Assembly: GCA_001799715.1 (NCBI GenBank)
Contig: MGTZ01000038.1
Location: 11,558 to 75,557 of the forward strand
Origin: Elusimicrobia bacterium GWB2_63_16
Lineage (GTDB): Bacteria; Elusimicrobiota; Elusimicrobia; Elusimicrobiales; UBA9959
Direction of reading: 5' to 3'
Length of the DNA stretch: 64,000 nucleotides
Shown here: piece by piece, positions 36,964 through 45,825 of the stretch
Layout: each line of letters starts with the position of its first letter
Numbering within the stretch: position 1 is the first letter of the stretch
The notes under the pieces: generated by a model
The model's input: only the letters and a program-made list of their open reading frames with translations
What the model was told of the DNA's origin: nothing
The model's database searches: none
Made by a program: the position numbers and the translations under genes

Positions 36964-37667
36964 ATGCCGCCGCCTTTGGCCGGCTGCTGCGCCTCGCGCG
37001 CGGCCAGTCCTTTTTCCCTGGCTTCGAGACCTTCGCGGATGCGGTCGAAAGTCCGTATCAGCTCGCTTTTGCGGGCGTTAAATTCTTCTTCCAGGGCTTT
37101 TTCGCGGAGTTTCAGCTGCCGCTCCCTGGCGGCGCGCTCGCCTTCGAACTCCTGGCTCCGCGCCTCCAGCGCCCGGTTCTTGTCCTCCCAGCGCAGCAGC
37201 AGGTCCAGCTCCTTCTTGCTGACCTTATCGTAGAGCTCCTGCATGCGGGTCACGTACTTGGAATTCAGCTCGCCTTCCTGCTCGGCGGTGCGCATCTTCA
37301 GCTCGGCCAGCAGCGTCTCGCGGTCCGACAGAACGGAGCGGAATTCCTCCAGGCGCTTGAGCGCATCGGCGCGGTCGGCTTCGGACTTGGCCAGGCGGGC
37401 CTTCAGGTCCTCTATCTCTTTCTTCAGCCGGCCCTCTTTCTGCTCGTATTTGTCGTGGCCGGCCTGCAGGCGCTCGGCATAGTCCTCGTCGTATTCCTTG
37501 ACGAGCTGCCCGAGCGATTTCACGTCGGGCTCGAACTCCTCGAGGATGGCGGTCAGGTGCACCGAGGCCGGGCTTTTGCTCTCCCAGAGGCGGGCGGCCA
37601 GGTCCTTGAGGCGCTCCATCAGCTCCACCGGCACGCATTGTATGGCGCGTTCTTTTTCCATGATCAT
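36960..37667 (-). CDS. hypothetical coiled-coil protein
   Basis: 235 aa, E/K/R/L-rich heptad-like sequence, no signal peptide. ATGA overlaps at both ends. Confidence 0.7.
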   Translation of the reverse strand: MIMEKERAIQCVPVELMERLKDLAARLWESKSPASVHLTAILEEFEPDVKSLGQLVKEYDEDYAERLQAGHDKYEQKEGRLKKEIEDLKARLAKSEADRADALKRLEEFRSVLSDRETLLAELKMRTAEQEGELNSKYVTRMQELYDKVSKKELDLLLRWEDKNRALEARSQEFEGERAARERQLKLREKALEEEFNARKSELIRTFDRIREGLEAREKGLAAREAQQPAKGGGI

Positions 37668-40600
37668 TTCCTGCCCTTATAGTCCATGATGGCGCGGGTC
37701 AGTTCCGCCTTCATCTGCTCCAGCTCGCCGGCCTTGATGGAATATTCCTTTTCCAGTTTCAGCCTGTAGTCGCTGAGATTCTGCTCCTTCTCGCTGAGCG
37801 CCTGCTTCTGCGCGTAGAGCTCGTCGTTGAACTTGCTCAGGCGCTGGTTCAGCTCGGCGTGCGTCTTGTCCAGTTCCAGCTGCTTCTGGCGGCAGAACCT
37901 GTCGCTGTCGCCCAGCAGCTTCTCCTTGGCTTCCAGCAGCTCCTCGAGCTGCTTCACGCGCGCCTCGGTGCGGGCTTTCTCCTCGGCGGCCGCGTCGCGG
38001 AACCGCTTGTCCTGCTCGGAGATATTGCGCATCAGCTCGCTGGAAGAGTCCTGGCGGTAGCGCAGCATCTCGCGCTCCAGTTCCTGCATCTTGGCCTCGG
38101 CGCTCTCTATGTAGCGGTCGCGGCGGTCCATTTCCTCGAGCAGGCGGTCCTTCTCGGCGGCGAACTCGGCTTCCATGGAGCCAGCTTCCTCGAGGGCCTC
38201 CTTGCGGGCCTTAGCCAGCTCGTCCTGCGCGTGGCGCAGGCGCTGTTCCGTCACCTCTACCGCGGCGGCCACGGCCTCGCTGATGGAGGCCTCGGCCTCG
38301 CGCACGTGCTCCGTCTGCATGCCGAGCTTCTCGGAGTGGTAATTCTTCTCGGCGGCCAGCAGTTTCTCGGCCAGTTCGGCCGACCTGGCGTTGGCGGAAG
38401 CCGCGGCGGCGCTGATCTTCTCCAGGGCGCTCTTCAGCGCGGCGTTCTCCTCGGTAAGGCGGTCGCGCTGCAGCCCTATCTCGGCCTCGAGCGCGGCGCG
38501 GCGGGCGCGGAAATCGTCCTCCAGCGCGGCCTGGCGCGCGGCGTAAGAACCTTCCAGTTCCACGCGCCTGTCTTCCTCGGCGCGCGTGAAATCCGCCAGT
38601 ATCCTGGCTTCCAGGTCGCTGCGGGAGCGCTGCGAATCTTCTTTAAGGCGCTGCAGTTCCTCGTGCTTGGTCTGCAGCGAATCGGCCAGTCCGGCCTTCT
38701 CAACCTTCATGGCTTCCATGGCTTCCACCAGGGCCGCCGTCTGGGCGAGCACGGCCTCCTTGACCCTGGCGGAAAGTTCGCGGTCGAAAGAGGCTTTGGC
38801 CGCTATAACCTCGCCGGTCAGGGCGGCTTCGCTGGCGCCCGCGTCCTCGGCCGCCTTGCGCAGCCGGGTGTTGAGTTCCACGATCTCCACCTGGGCGTCG
38901 CGGAACTGACCGGAGAGCTGCTCCAGCGTAGCCTCCAGGCGCGCCCGCTCGGCGTCGCGGTTCTTGCCGTCGGCCTGCGACGAAGCGGAGAAGGACGCCT
39001 TGAAAGCCTCTATCGCGGTCTCGGAGTCGGCCTTGATCCTGGCGGTCATCGCCTCGTAGCCGGCCTTCAGTTCGGCCGAGCGCTCCTCGAATTTAGCGGC
39101 GGCTTCGGCGGAGACGCGGGCCAGTTCGGCGCCATGCCTCTCGCGCTCCACGGCGGCTTCCCTGGCGGCGGCCTCCAGGCGGGCGGCCATAGCGCCCAGC
39201 TCGGCCTCGTAGACCGACGCCCTCGCGGCGGCCTCGGAGTCCAGGCGCTGCCTGTCGGCGGCGGAGGCCGCGTCCCTGGCGCGCAGTTCCTCCTCCATCT
39301 TCTTTATTGAATCGTTATAAGCCCGCCGCTCGGTCTCGAAGGCGGCAAGTTTCTCCCGGAAGGAGGCCTCGGCGGCGCTCACGCGCGCCATGATCTCCCC
39401 GCGGTGGTCCTCTTTCAGGGAAGAGATATTATTCTCAAGTTCTTTTATTTTATCCGAAGCTGCGGCCAGCGCGGCCTCGAAGTGCCCTTTGGCTTCGGCC
39501 ATGCTTGCGCGTTCGGCGGCCATCACGGCCCGCTCCCGGGCCATGCGGTTTTCCAGGTTTCTTTCCAGCTCGCCCCGCTCGGCGGACATGGCCGAGGCGA
39601 TGGACTCTTTGCGGACGGTGTAATCCCGCTCAAAACCGGCCTCGCGCTCACGGAACGCGGCCTCCATGGCCGCAGCGCGGGCGTCGAAGTCGGCGCGCAG
39701 GGCGGCCTTTTCGGCCTCCCAGCCGGCGGCCCGCTTCTCCAGCGCGGCGGACAGCTCGCGCACGCTGTTCTCCTTGGCGGCCTTCTCCTTCTCCAGCTCG
39801 GCGAGCTGGGCGCGGAAGGCGGTCTCCTTCTCGGAGATCAGCTTCAGCAGCTCGGAGTGATGTTTCTCCTGCTGGGCGGCCAGATTGTTCTCTATCTCCT
39901 TAATGCGGTCCTGGGCCGCGAGGAACTGCTCCTCGCGCACGCGCTGCTCTTCCAGCAGGCGCGAACGCTCGGCCTGCCAGGAGGCCTCCAGCGAGGAAAC
40001 CTGGGCGGCGTGGTCGGAATCGGCGGCGCGGATCTTCTCCTCCAGGCCGGTCTCCAGCATGGAGCGCAGCTTGCGGTAATTCTCCTCGGTCTCGCGCTTC
40101 TTGGAGAGGTACTCGGCCTCCAGTTCGCGGCGGCGGGTCTCCACCCGCTCCTCGGAGCTGCGCACGTTGCCCTCGAGCAGCGCCAGCCGCTCGCCGAATT
40201 CCTTCTCCTTGGCCTTGAAAGAGGCCTGCAGGGCGGTCAGGCGCCCCTGGTGCTCGGCGTCCAGCTCGGCGCGCAGCGAATCGTATTTTTTCTGGGCCTC
40301 GCTCAGGCGGCCGGCGTACTGGCTCTCCACGTCCAGCAGGCGGGCGTTCCAGCGCTCCATGATGGCGCGCTGGCTGCGGTCCAGCTCCTCGAACTTCTCC
40401 TGGTACTCGGTCTCCAGGCTGCGGCGCAGCGAATCCAGCTTGGCCTCTTTCTTGAGCAGCTGCTGTATGTCCAGCTTGCCCTCGCCCAGCAGGGACATCG
40501 TGGCTTCCAGCTTGGTGTAAAAATCCTCTTTCTCCTCGATGGTCTTGTTGCGGGAATCGTAGGCGTCGCGCAGCGAGCTCTCTTTGAGCTGCAGCCGCTT

Positions 40601-40759
40601 GGCGGTCTCTTCGGCCAGCGTCAGGTTCTTCTTGAGGTCGGCCTTTTCTTTCTCGATGTTCTGCAGCCGTTCCAGCGCCCAGCGCAGGGTCATGCGCGCC
40701 GTGTCCAGGCTGGTCACGTCGTTAACAAGCTGTTCGAGTTCGCCGTATTCGTTTGCCAT
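37664..40759 (-). CDS. giant coiled-coil protein (1031 aa), no signal peptide, no recognisable enzymatic domain
   Basis: Uninterrupted ORF with E/A/R/K/L-rich heptad-like sequence throughout. Recurrent acidic-Ala-acidic-aromatic motif (ELEAEY, SLEASW, AAEASF, SMEAEF). Confidence 0.8.
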   Translation of the reverse strand: MANEYGELEQLVNDVTSLDTARMTLRWALERLQNIEKEKADLKKNLTLAEETAKRLQLKESSLRDAYDSRNKTIEEKEDFYTKLEATMSLLGEGKLDIQQLLKKEAKLDSLRRSLETEYQEKFEELDRSQRAIMERWNARLLDVESQYAGRLSEAQKKYDSLRAELDAEHQGRLTALQASFKAKEKEFGERLALLEGNVRSSEERVETRRRELEAEYLSKKRETEENYRKLRSMLETGLEEKIRAADSDHAAQVSSLEASWQAERSRLLEEQRVREEQFLAAQDRIKEIENNLAAQQEKHHSELLKLISEKETAFRAQLAELEKEKAAKENSVRELSAALEKRAAGWEAEKAALRADFDARAAAMEAAFREREAGFERDYTVRKESIASAMSAERGELERNLENRMARERAVMAAERASMAEAKGHFEAALAAASDKIKELENNISSLKEDHRGEIMARVSAAEASFREKLAAFETERRAYNDSIKKMEEELRARDAASAADRQRLDSEAAARASVYEAELGAMAARLEAAAREAAVERERHGAELARVSAEAAAKFEERSAELKAGYEAMTARIKADSETAIEAFKASFSASSQADGKNRDAERARLEATLEQLSGQFRDAQVEIVELNTRLRKAAEDAGASEAALTGEVIAAKASFDRELSARVKEAVLAQTAALVEAMEAMKVEKAGLADSLQTKHEELQRLKEDSQRSRSDLEARILADFTRAEEDRRVELEGSYAARQAALEDDFRARRAALEAEIGLQRDRLTEENAALKSALEKISAAAASANARSAELAEKLLAAEKNYHSEKLGMQTEHVREAEASISEAVAAAVEVTEQRLRHAQDELAKARKEALEEAGSMEAEFAAEKDRLLEEMDRRDRYIESAEAKMQELEREMLRYRQDSSSELMRNISEQDKRFRDAAAEEKARTEARVKQLEELLEAKEKLLGDSDRFCRQKQLELDKTHAELNQRLSKFNDELYAQKQALSEKEQNLSDYRLKLEKEYSIKAGELEQMKAELTRAIMDYKGRK

Positions 40760-40903
40760 AGTTTTCCCATTGCCTGCGCAGGTGCCGCATCAGGGGCTTT
40801 GCCCATCAAGCGGCCTTTTTACTACTTAAAGTCTAATATACCGGGCCCTCTTTAGCAATAAAGGGAATGTTAAATGATTATTAAATGAATGTTTCGGGCC
40901 CGG

Positions 40904-40940
40904 GGGCCGCTTTTGCCTCCTGCGGCGGCCCGCTATTTTT
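40904..40940 (+). promoter_or_regulatory. terminator-like hairpin plus T5 located 13 nt upstream of the 40954 start codon (leader element or end of an unannotated small transcript)
   Basis: GGGCCGC / GCGGCCC 7-bp stem, 14-nt loop, then GCTATTTTT. Confidence 0.4.
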
Positions 40941-40953
40941 GTAAAATCTCCAT

Positions 40954-41379
40954 ATGCTGAAAAGGTTTTTCTGGACGGCCCTGGTGGCCGCGGCGGTACT
41001 CGCGGGGTGGCGCTTCGGCTACCAGGCGGCGCTGAAATATTTTTTCAAGGTTTCCGGTTCCGTGACCCTGGCCGGGGAAGTGGCCGGGGCCCTGCCCGGG
41101 GCCAACGGCATGCTCTTCGTAATAGCCCGCAACGAGCGGGGCGTGCCGGTGGCGGTAGCCAAGATCATCAACCCCCGCTTCCCGGCCGAGTTCGCTCTGA
41201 CCCCCTCCAGCCTGATCATGCCCGACCTGCTGACCACCAGGGTATACCTGGAAGCGGCGCTGAACACGCACGGCCAGCTGGGCTCCTTCCGTAAGGGCGA
41301 CCTGCGCGGCGAGCGCCCGGAACGCGCCTACTTCATCAGCAAGGACATCCAGGTCCGCCTCGACAGCACCGTAAAATAA
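40954..41379 (+). CDS. hypothetical exported or membrane-anchored protein
   Basis: 141 aa. N-terminal hydrophobic helix FFWTALVAAAVLAGW. No family recognised with confidence. Confidence 0.6.
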   Translation: MLKRFFWTALVAAAVLAGWRFGYQAALKYFFKVSGSVTLAGEVAGALPGANGMLFVIARNERGVPVAVAKIINPRFPAEFALTPSSLIMPDLLTTRVYLEAALNTHGQLGSFRKGDLRGERPERAYFISKDIQVRLDSTVK

Positions 41380-41382
41380 ACC

Positions 41383-41410
41383 GGGGCGCCTTTCAGCGCC
41401 CCGTTCTGGT
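41383..41410 (+). terminator. probable terminator after the 40954..41379 gene
   Basis: GGGGCGC / GCGCCCC stem, 6-nt loop, weak T-rich tail. A second small hairpin plus T6 lies at 41414-41434. Confidence 0.4.
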
Positions 41411-41425
41411 TGAAGCGGCCGCCCG

Positions 41426-41596
41426 CTATTTTTTGTATTGGGTTCTGCCGCCGTTGGAGAGCGAAAAGAGCCATACCAGTTTGTCCGTGGACTTCATCAG
41501 GTTGTCCCAGTTCTTCTCCAGCTTCGGCGCCCGCCGTCCGGGCTTCTCCGTCTTGGCTTCCTGCTCGTATTTCTTATCTATCTCTTCCCAGGTCAT
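41426..41596 (-). CDS. possible small basic protein (56 aa from MTWEEIDKK)
   Basis: G-rich RBS-like run 4 nt upstream of this ATG. No family recognised. Confidence 0.3.
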   Translation of the reverse strand: MTWEEIDKKYEQEAKTEKPGRRAPKLEKNWDNLMKSTDKLVWLFSLSNGGRTQYKK

Positions 41597-41750
41597 AGTC
41601 CCCCCACCCATAGCTTACCCCCTATTAGACTCACGGGAAAAACAAAAATGATTTTGGATTTCCCCCCGCTATATTCTACAACAACCCGGCAAAAAGCCAA
41701 GGGGCATTAGGAGCAGGCCCGGCTGGGCCTTTAGACCTATGCCTCCCCGG

Positions 41751-41981
41751 TTACCAGCCCCAGATGCGGGCCATGCCCATGTAGAGCAGCACGCAGCCTA
41801 TCAGCAGCAGCAGGAACCCCCAGTTCTTGCGGTGCAGCGCCACGTACGAGTCGTTGAGGAATGTTTCCCTGATGATCTTGTTTACGCGCTCGATGATGCC
41901 CGGCCTGTAGATGTAGCCGAGGCCCAGCAGCAGGAAGACCAGGCCGAAGAATATCTTAATGTACGGATTTATCGCCGTCAT
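41751..41981 (-). CDS. small two-TM membrane protein
   Basis: 76 aa with two clear hydrophobic helices. Start overlaps the pth 3' end by 26 nt. Confidence 0.45.
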   Translation of the reverse strand: MTAINPYIKIFFGLVFLLLGLGYIYRPGIIERVNKIIRETFLNDSYVALHRKNWGFLLLLIGCVLLYMGMARIWGW

Positions 41982-42552
41982 GATTGTAGCGGTTCATCGC
42001 CGTCTCTACCCCGTCCCGGAACGCCGCTTCAAGCGCGTCGCAGGCCCGGTCGAGGAACTCCGGCAGCCGCCCCCCCTCTTCTTTAGAAAACTTCGACAGA
42101 ACGAAATTCTTGCCCTCTATATGCGCGGGCCGGGGGCCTATGCCCAGGCGCAGGCGCGGGCAGGCCGGGCCCACGGCGGAGATCACGGAGGCCATGCCGT
42201 TGTGCGAGCCGGCCGAGCCGTCCTTACGCAGCCGCAGCTTGCCGAAGGGCAGCGCCAGGTCGTCGTAGCCGGCCAGGATGGCCGCGGGCGGGATCTTGTA
42301 GAACCCCCCGAGGCTAGCCACCGCCTGGCCGGAGAGATTCATGTAGGTCTGCGGCTTGAGCAGGAAGCAGTTCTCCCCGCCCATTTCGAAAGCCACGTAC
42401 AGCCCCAGCCCCTTCCAGTCCCGCCAGCGCTCGCCCGGCGCCAGGCGCGAGGCGGCCAGGTCGGCCAGCATAAAGCCGATATTGTGCCTGGTCCTCTCGT
42501 ATTCCGGCCCCGGGTTTCCCAGCAGCGCGGCCAATCTTAAGCGGTCTTTCAC
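41956..42552 (-). CDS. pth: peptidyl-tRNA hydrolase
   Basis: 198 aa. LGNPGPEYERTRHNIGF, GSHNG motifs. Confidence 0.95.
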   Translation of the reverse strand: MKDRLRLAALLGNPGPEYERTRHNIGFMLADLAASRLAPGERWRDWKGLGLYVAFEMGGENCFLLKPQTYMNLSGQAVASLGGFYKIPPAAILAGYDDLALPFGKLRLRKDGSAGSHNGMASVISAVGPACPRLRLGIGPRPAHIEGKNFVLSKFSKEEGGRLPEFLDRACDALEAAFRDGVETAMNRYNHDGDKSVH

Positions 42553-42587
42553 CTGGCCCCTCTCGCGGCCGCCTGGGTGGCGGCCGC

Positions 42588-42638
42588 ATAAAAAACAGGG
42601 AGCAGAAGCCGAACGTTAAAAGTCCAACTTCTGCTCCC
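42588..42638 (-). terminator. hairpin plus T-run downstream of ctc (terminator or attenuator ahead of pth)
   Basis: GGGAGCAGAAG / CTTCTGCTCCC 11-bp stem, 19-nt loop, followed on the minus strand by TGTTTTTTAT. Confidence 0.55.
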
Positions 42639-42654
42639 GTGCCGCGGACTCCCG

Positions 42655-43383
42655 TTACTTCTTGGGTTCCGCTTTCTTGTCTCCGGCGGGCGCGCCGGCG
42701 GCGGGCTTGGCGCCGGGCGCGGGTTTCGCGCCGGCGGCGGGAGCGGCGCCCTCGGCGCCCTCTTCCTTCTTGCCCTTCGCGGCCACGACTTCCGGCTCAC
42801 CGGCTCCGGCCACGGGCTCCTCGACCTTCTCTTCCTTCGGCGCGGTCACGCTGACCACGATCAGGTTGGCGTCGTCGAGCAGCTCGGCCTTGCCGGGCTT
42901 AACGTCCTTGACGCGCAGGGAGTGGTTGAGGTGCAGATCGGTAATATCCAGCTCGATCTCGTGCGGGATCTCGGTAGGCAGGCAGGAGATGTTCAGTTCG
43001 CGCATCGTGTGTTCCACGAGGCCGCCTTCCACCTTGGAGCCGACGCACTCGCCGACGAGCTTCAGGTGCACCTTGACCTTGATCTTCTCGGTCAGGGAGA
43101 TGCGCTGGAAGTCGAAATGGCGGTACTTGTCGCTGACCGGATGGCGCTGGGTGGCCTTTATGATGACCACGTCCTCGCCGCCCTGGTACTTTATAGTGAT
43201 GATGGCGTTGGGGTTGGAGCGGATGAGGGCGATCATGCCCTTCTCGTCCACGGTCACGTTGACCGGGGCTTTGTCCAGGCCGTATATAACGGCGGGAATG
43301 CGGCCGCCGGCCCTGAAGGCGCTAAGCTGCCCGCGCTGCCCGGCCCTGTCACGCATCTCGGCTGAAAGAATCGTCTGTTGCAT
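42655..43383 (-). CDS. rplY: 50S ribosomal protein L25 / general stress protein Ctc, with Ala/Pro/Lys-rich tail
   Basis: 242 aa. RxxGxxPAVIYG N-terminus, long-form Ctc. Located between prs and pth. Confidence 0.9.
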   Translation of the reverse strand: MQQTILSAEMRDRAGQRGQLSAFRAGGRIPAVIYGLDKAPVNVTVDEKGMIALIRSNPNAIITIKYQGGEDVVIIKATQRHPVSDKYRHFDFQRISLTEKIKVKVHLKLVGECVGSKVEGGLVEHTMRELNISCLPTEIPHEIELDITDLHLNHSLRVKDVKPGKAELLDDANLIVVSVTAPKEEKVEEPVAGAGEPEVVAAKGKKEEGAEGAAPAAGAKPAPGAKPAAGAPAGDKKAEPKK

Positions 43384-43420
43384 AGTACTGCTCCTCCTGC
43401 TGAATTACATCCCGCGGCTC

Positions 43421-44374
43421 TCACTTGAAAAGTTCGCTTATGGACTCGCCCATGTGATTGCGCTTAATGGCCTCCGCAAGGATGGGGGCCACGGATACTA
43501 TCTTTATTTTAGCACTTTTTGAGGCATTTACGGGAATCGTATCGCTCAAAATCAGCTCTTCTATAGGGGATTTATCTATCCTCTCTATGGCGTCCCGGGA
43601 GAGCACGCCGTGCGTGGCGGCCGCTATGATCTTGGCCGCGCCGTGCTCTTTTATGCTCTGCGCCACCTGGCACAGGGTGCCGGCGGTGTCCACCAGGTCG
43701 TCGAAGATAAAGCAGGTCTTGCCTTTGACGTCGCCGATGATATTATAGACCACGGCCTCGTTGGGGCGGGGGCGGCGCTTGTCGATGATGACCAGGCCCA
43801 TGTCCAGGCGCTTGGCGAAGGAGCGCGCGCGCTCCACGCTGCCCACGTCGGGCGAGACCACCACGGTGTTCTCGAAATTGCGGTTGCGGATATACTCCAG
43901 GATGGCCGGGCGCGAGTACAGGTGGTCCAGCGGGATGTCGAAAAAGCCCTGGATCTGCGCGGCGTGCAGGTCCAGCGTGATGACGCGGCTGGCGCCGGCC
44001 TCGGTGATGAGGTTGGCCACGAGCTTGGCGGTGATGGCCACGCGGGGGGCCGGCTTGCGATCGGCGCGGGCGTAGCCGTAATAAGGGACCACGGCCGTTA
44101 TGCGGCCGGCCGAGGCGCGGCGCAGGGCGTCCATGAAGATCAGCAGCTCCATCAGGTTGTCGTTGACGGGGTTGCAGGTGGGCTGTATGACGTAGCAGTC
44201 CTCGCCGCGCACGCTCTCGAGTATGCGCACGTCTATCTCGCCGTCGGCGAAGCGGTTGACGTTGGCCTCGGAGAGCGGTACGCCGAGGATGTCGCAGATC
44301 TTTTTGGCCAGCGCCGGGTTGGCGTTGCCGCTGAAAACCTTGAAGTTGCCCCTCTTCCTCATGTCGGGAGTCAT
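43421..44374 (-). CDS. prs: ribose-phosphate pyrophosphokinase
   Basis: 317 aa. VFSGNANPALA, RFADGE, YYGYARADRK, DLHA, DDLVDTAGT. Confidence 0.95.
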   Translation of the reverse strand: MTPDMRKRGNFKVFSGNANPALAKKICDILGVPLSEANVNRFADGEIDVRILESVRGEDCYVIQPTCNPVNDNLMELLIFMDALRRASAGRITAVVPYYGYARADRKPAPRVAITAKLVANLITEAGASRVITLDLHAAQIQGFFDIPLDHLYSRPAILEYIRNRNFENTVVVSPDVGSVERARSFAKRLDMGLVIIDKRRPRPNEAVVYNIIGDVKGKTCFIFDDLVDTAGTLCQVAQSIKEHGAAKIIAAATHGVLSRDAIERIDKSPIEELILSDTIPVNASKSAKIKIVSVAPILAEAIKRNHMGESISELFK

Positions 44375-45765
44375 TTGGTCCTTTTTTTCAACCGCTTAAC
44401 CACCTGCCGGGCGCGCGCTATGCCTAGGGTCCCGCCCGGGACGTTTTCCGTTATCGTGGAACCGGCGGCCGTGTACGCTCCTGGGCCTATGTTCACCGGG
44501 GCCACCAAATTGGTATTGGAGCCGATGAAAGCGCCGGCCCCTATCACCGTCTTGTTCTTGTTCACGCCGTCGTAGTTGCAGGTTATCGTGCCGGCGCCGA
44601 TGTTCACCTTGTCGCCCATGTCGGTGTCGCCGACGTAGCTGTGGTGGTGCATCTTGGAGCCGCGGCCGATGCGGGATTTCTTGACCTCCGCGAAATTGCC
44701 TATCTCGGCCGCCGGGCCGATGTCGGAGAGCGGGCGCAGGCGGGCGAAGGGGCCCACGATGGCGCCCTCGCGCACGCGGCTGTTCTCCAGGGCGCAGGAG
44801 TACTTCACCACCGCGCCGTCGTCTATGCGGCAGCCGTCTATCACGCCGGCCGGGCCTATCTTGCAGCCCTTGCCGATCACGGTGTCGCCCTTGATGAAGA
44901 CGCCGGGGTGTATCACGGTGTCGCGGCCTATCACGACGCTCTCTTCGATATAGGTGTTGGCGGGGTCCACCACGGTAACGCCGTCGGCCATCAGGTCGGC
45001 GGCCTTGCGGGCGGTCAGCATGGCGTAGGCGGCGGCGAGGTCGGCGCGGGAATTTATGCCTGTCATCTCGGTGGCGTCCGAGAGTTTGAACGCGGCGGCC
45101 CGGCCGCCGGCGGCTATGATGTTCTCCACCGCGTCGGTCAGGTAATACTCGCCCTTGGAGCCTTTCTTTTTGAGGTTGCGGATGGCCTTCTCGAGGGCCC
45201 TCACGCTGAAGAAATAGGTGCCGGAGTTGACCTCTTTTATGGCCTTCTCCCACTCGTCCGCGTCGGCGACCTCCACGATGGCGGCCACGTCCCCGGCGTG
45301 GTTGCGCTTGATGCGGCCGTAGGAGCCGGGGTTCTCCAGGTCGGCGGTCATCACCAGGCAGTCGTGCCCGGAGCGGAAATAGAAGCCCAGCATCTTGCGG
45401 GCGGTCTCGGCGCGGAACAGCGGGGCGTCGCCGCAGAGTATCATGGCGTGGTCGTGGCGGCGGATCAGGCCCATAGCCTCCTGCACCGCCCGGCCGCTGC
45501 CCTTCAGCAGCTTCTGCCGTATAAAGACGGTCTTGGCCACAGTCTCGGGGGAGAGCTTTTTGGAAAGTTCCGCCTCCACCAGCTCGGCCTTGTGCCCGGT
45601 GATCACGATGATCTTTTCCGGGCCCAGCAGCGCTATTTTGCGTATCGCGCGCTCGGCCAGCGACATATCGCCCAGATAATGAAGCACCTTCGGCAGGTCG
45701 GACTTCATCCTGGTGCCGAGGCCGGCCGCCAGTACCACCGCCGCGAAATTTTTATTCTTTGGCAT
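44371..45765 (-). CDS. glmU: bifunctional UDP-N-acetylglucosamine pyrophosphorylase / glucosamine-1-phosphate N-acetyltransferase
   Basis: Start at MPKNKNFAAVVLAAGLGTRM (45765). C-terminal left-handed beta-helix hexapeptide repeats. ATGA overlap with prs. Confidence 0.95.
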   Translation of the reverse strand: MPKNKNFAAVVLAAGLGTRMKSDLPKVLHYLGDMSLAERAIRKIALLGPEKIIVITGHKAELVEAELSKKLSPETVAKTVFIRQKLLKGSGRAVQEAMGLIRRHDHAMILCGDAPLFRAETARKMLGFYFRSGHDCLVMTADLENPGSYGRIKRNHAGDVAAIVEVADADEWEKAIKEVNSGTYFFSVRALEKAIRNLKKKGSKGEYYLTDAVENIIAAGGRAAAFKLSDATEMTGINSRADLAAAYAMLTARKAADLMADGVTVVDPANTYIEESVVIGRDTVIHPGVFIKGDTVIGKGCKIGPAGVIDGCRIDDGAVVKYSCALENSRVREGAIVGPFARLRPLSDIGPAAEIGNFAEVKKSRIGRGSKMHHHSYVGDTDMGDKVNIGAGTITCNYDGVNKNKTVIGAGAFIGSNTNLVAPVNIGPGAYTAAGSTITENVPGGTLGIARARQVVKRLKKRTK

Positions 45766-45825
45766 AGTTACCGTAAATAACCGAGAATTAAGGAACGGAA
45801 GGACTACCACTAAATTCTATAAAAA

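Noticed and set aside
37859-40855. Two 483-aa plus-strand ORFs (37859..39310 and 39404..40855), plus many shorter ones on both strands
   Set aside because: Antisense to the 1031-aa coiled-coil gene. GAG/GCC/CTG-rich coding sequence lacks stops in several frames. The translations are L/G/A/Q-rich without start context. The identical lengths appear coincidental.
41600-41750. Possible promoter or small RNA in the 150-nt spacer upstream of the 56-aa ORF
   Set aside because: Only a TAGAAT-like hexamer without a convincing -35 box or structure. Insufficient evidence to call.
43610-45780. Plus-strand ORFs 43610..44575 and 44641..45780. Similar cases at 51873..53198, 55085..56368, 57248..58357, 60772..61764, 14377..15387, 17505..19934, 10341..11219 and 11922..12845
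   Set aside because: All lie opposite or out of frame to genes with strong family signatures (prs, glmU, thiL, nnrD, glmS, glmM, the kinase, PLD, AsnB-GT9, thiD, the PurM-like gene).
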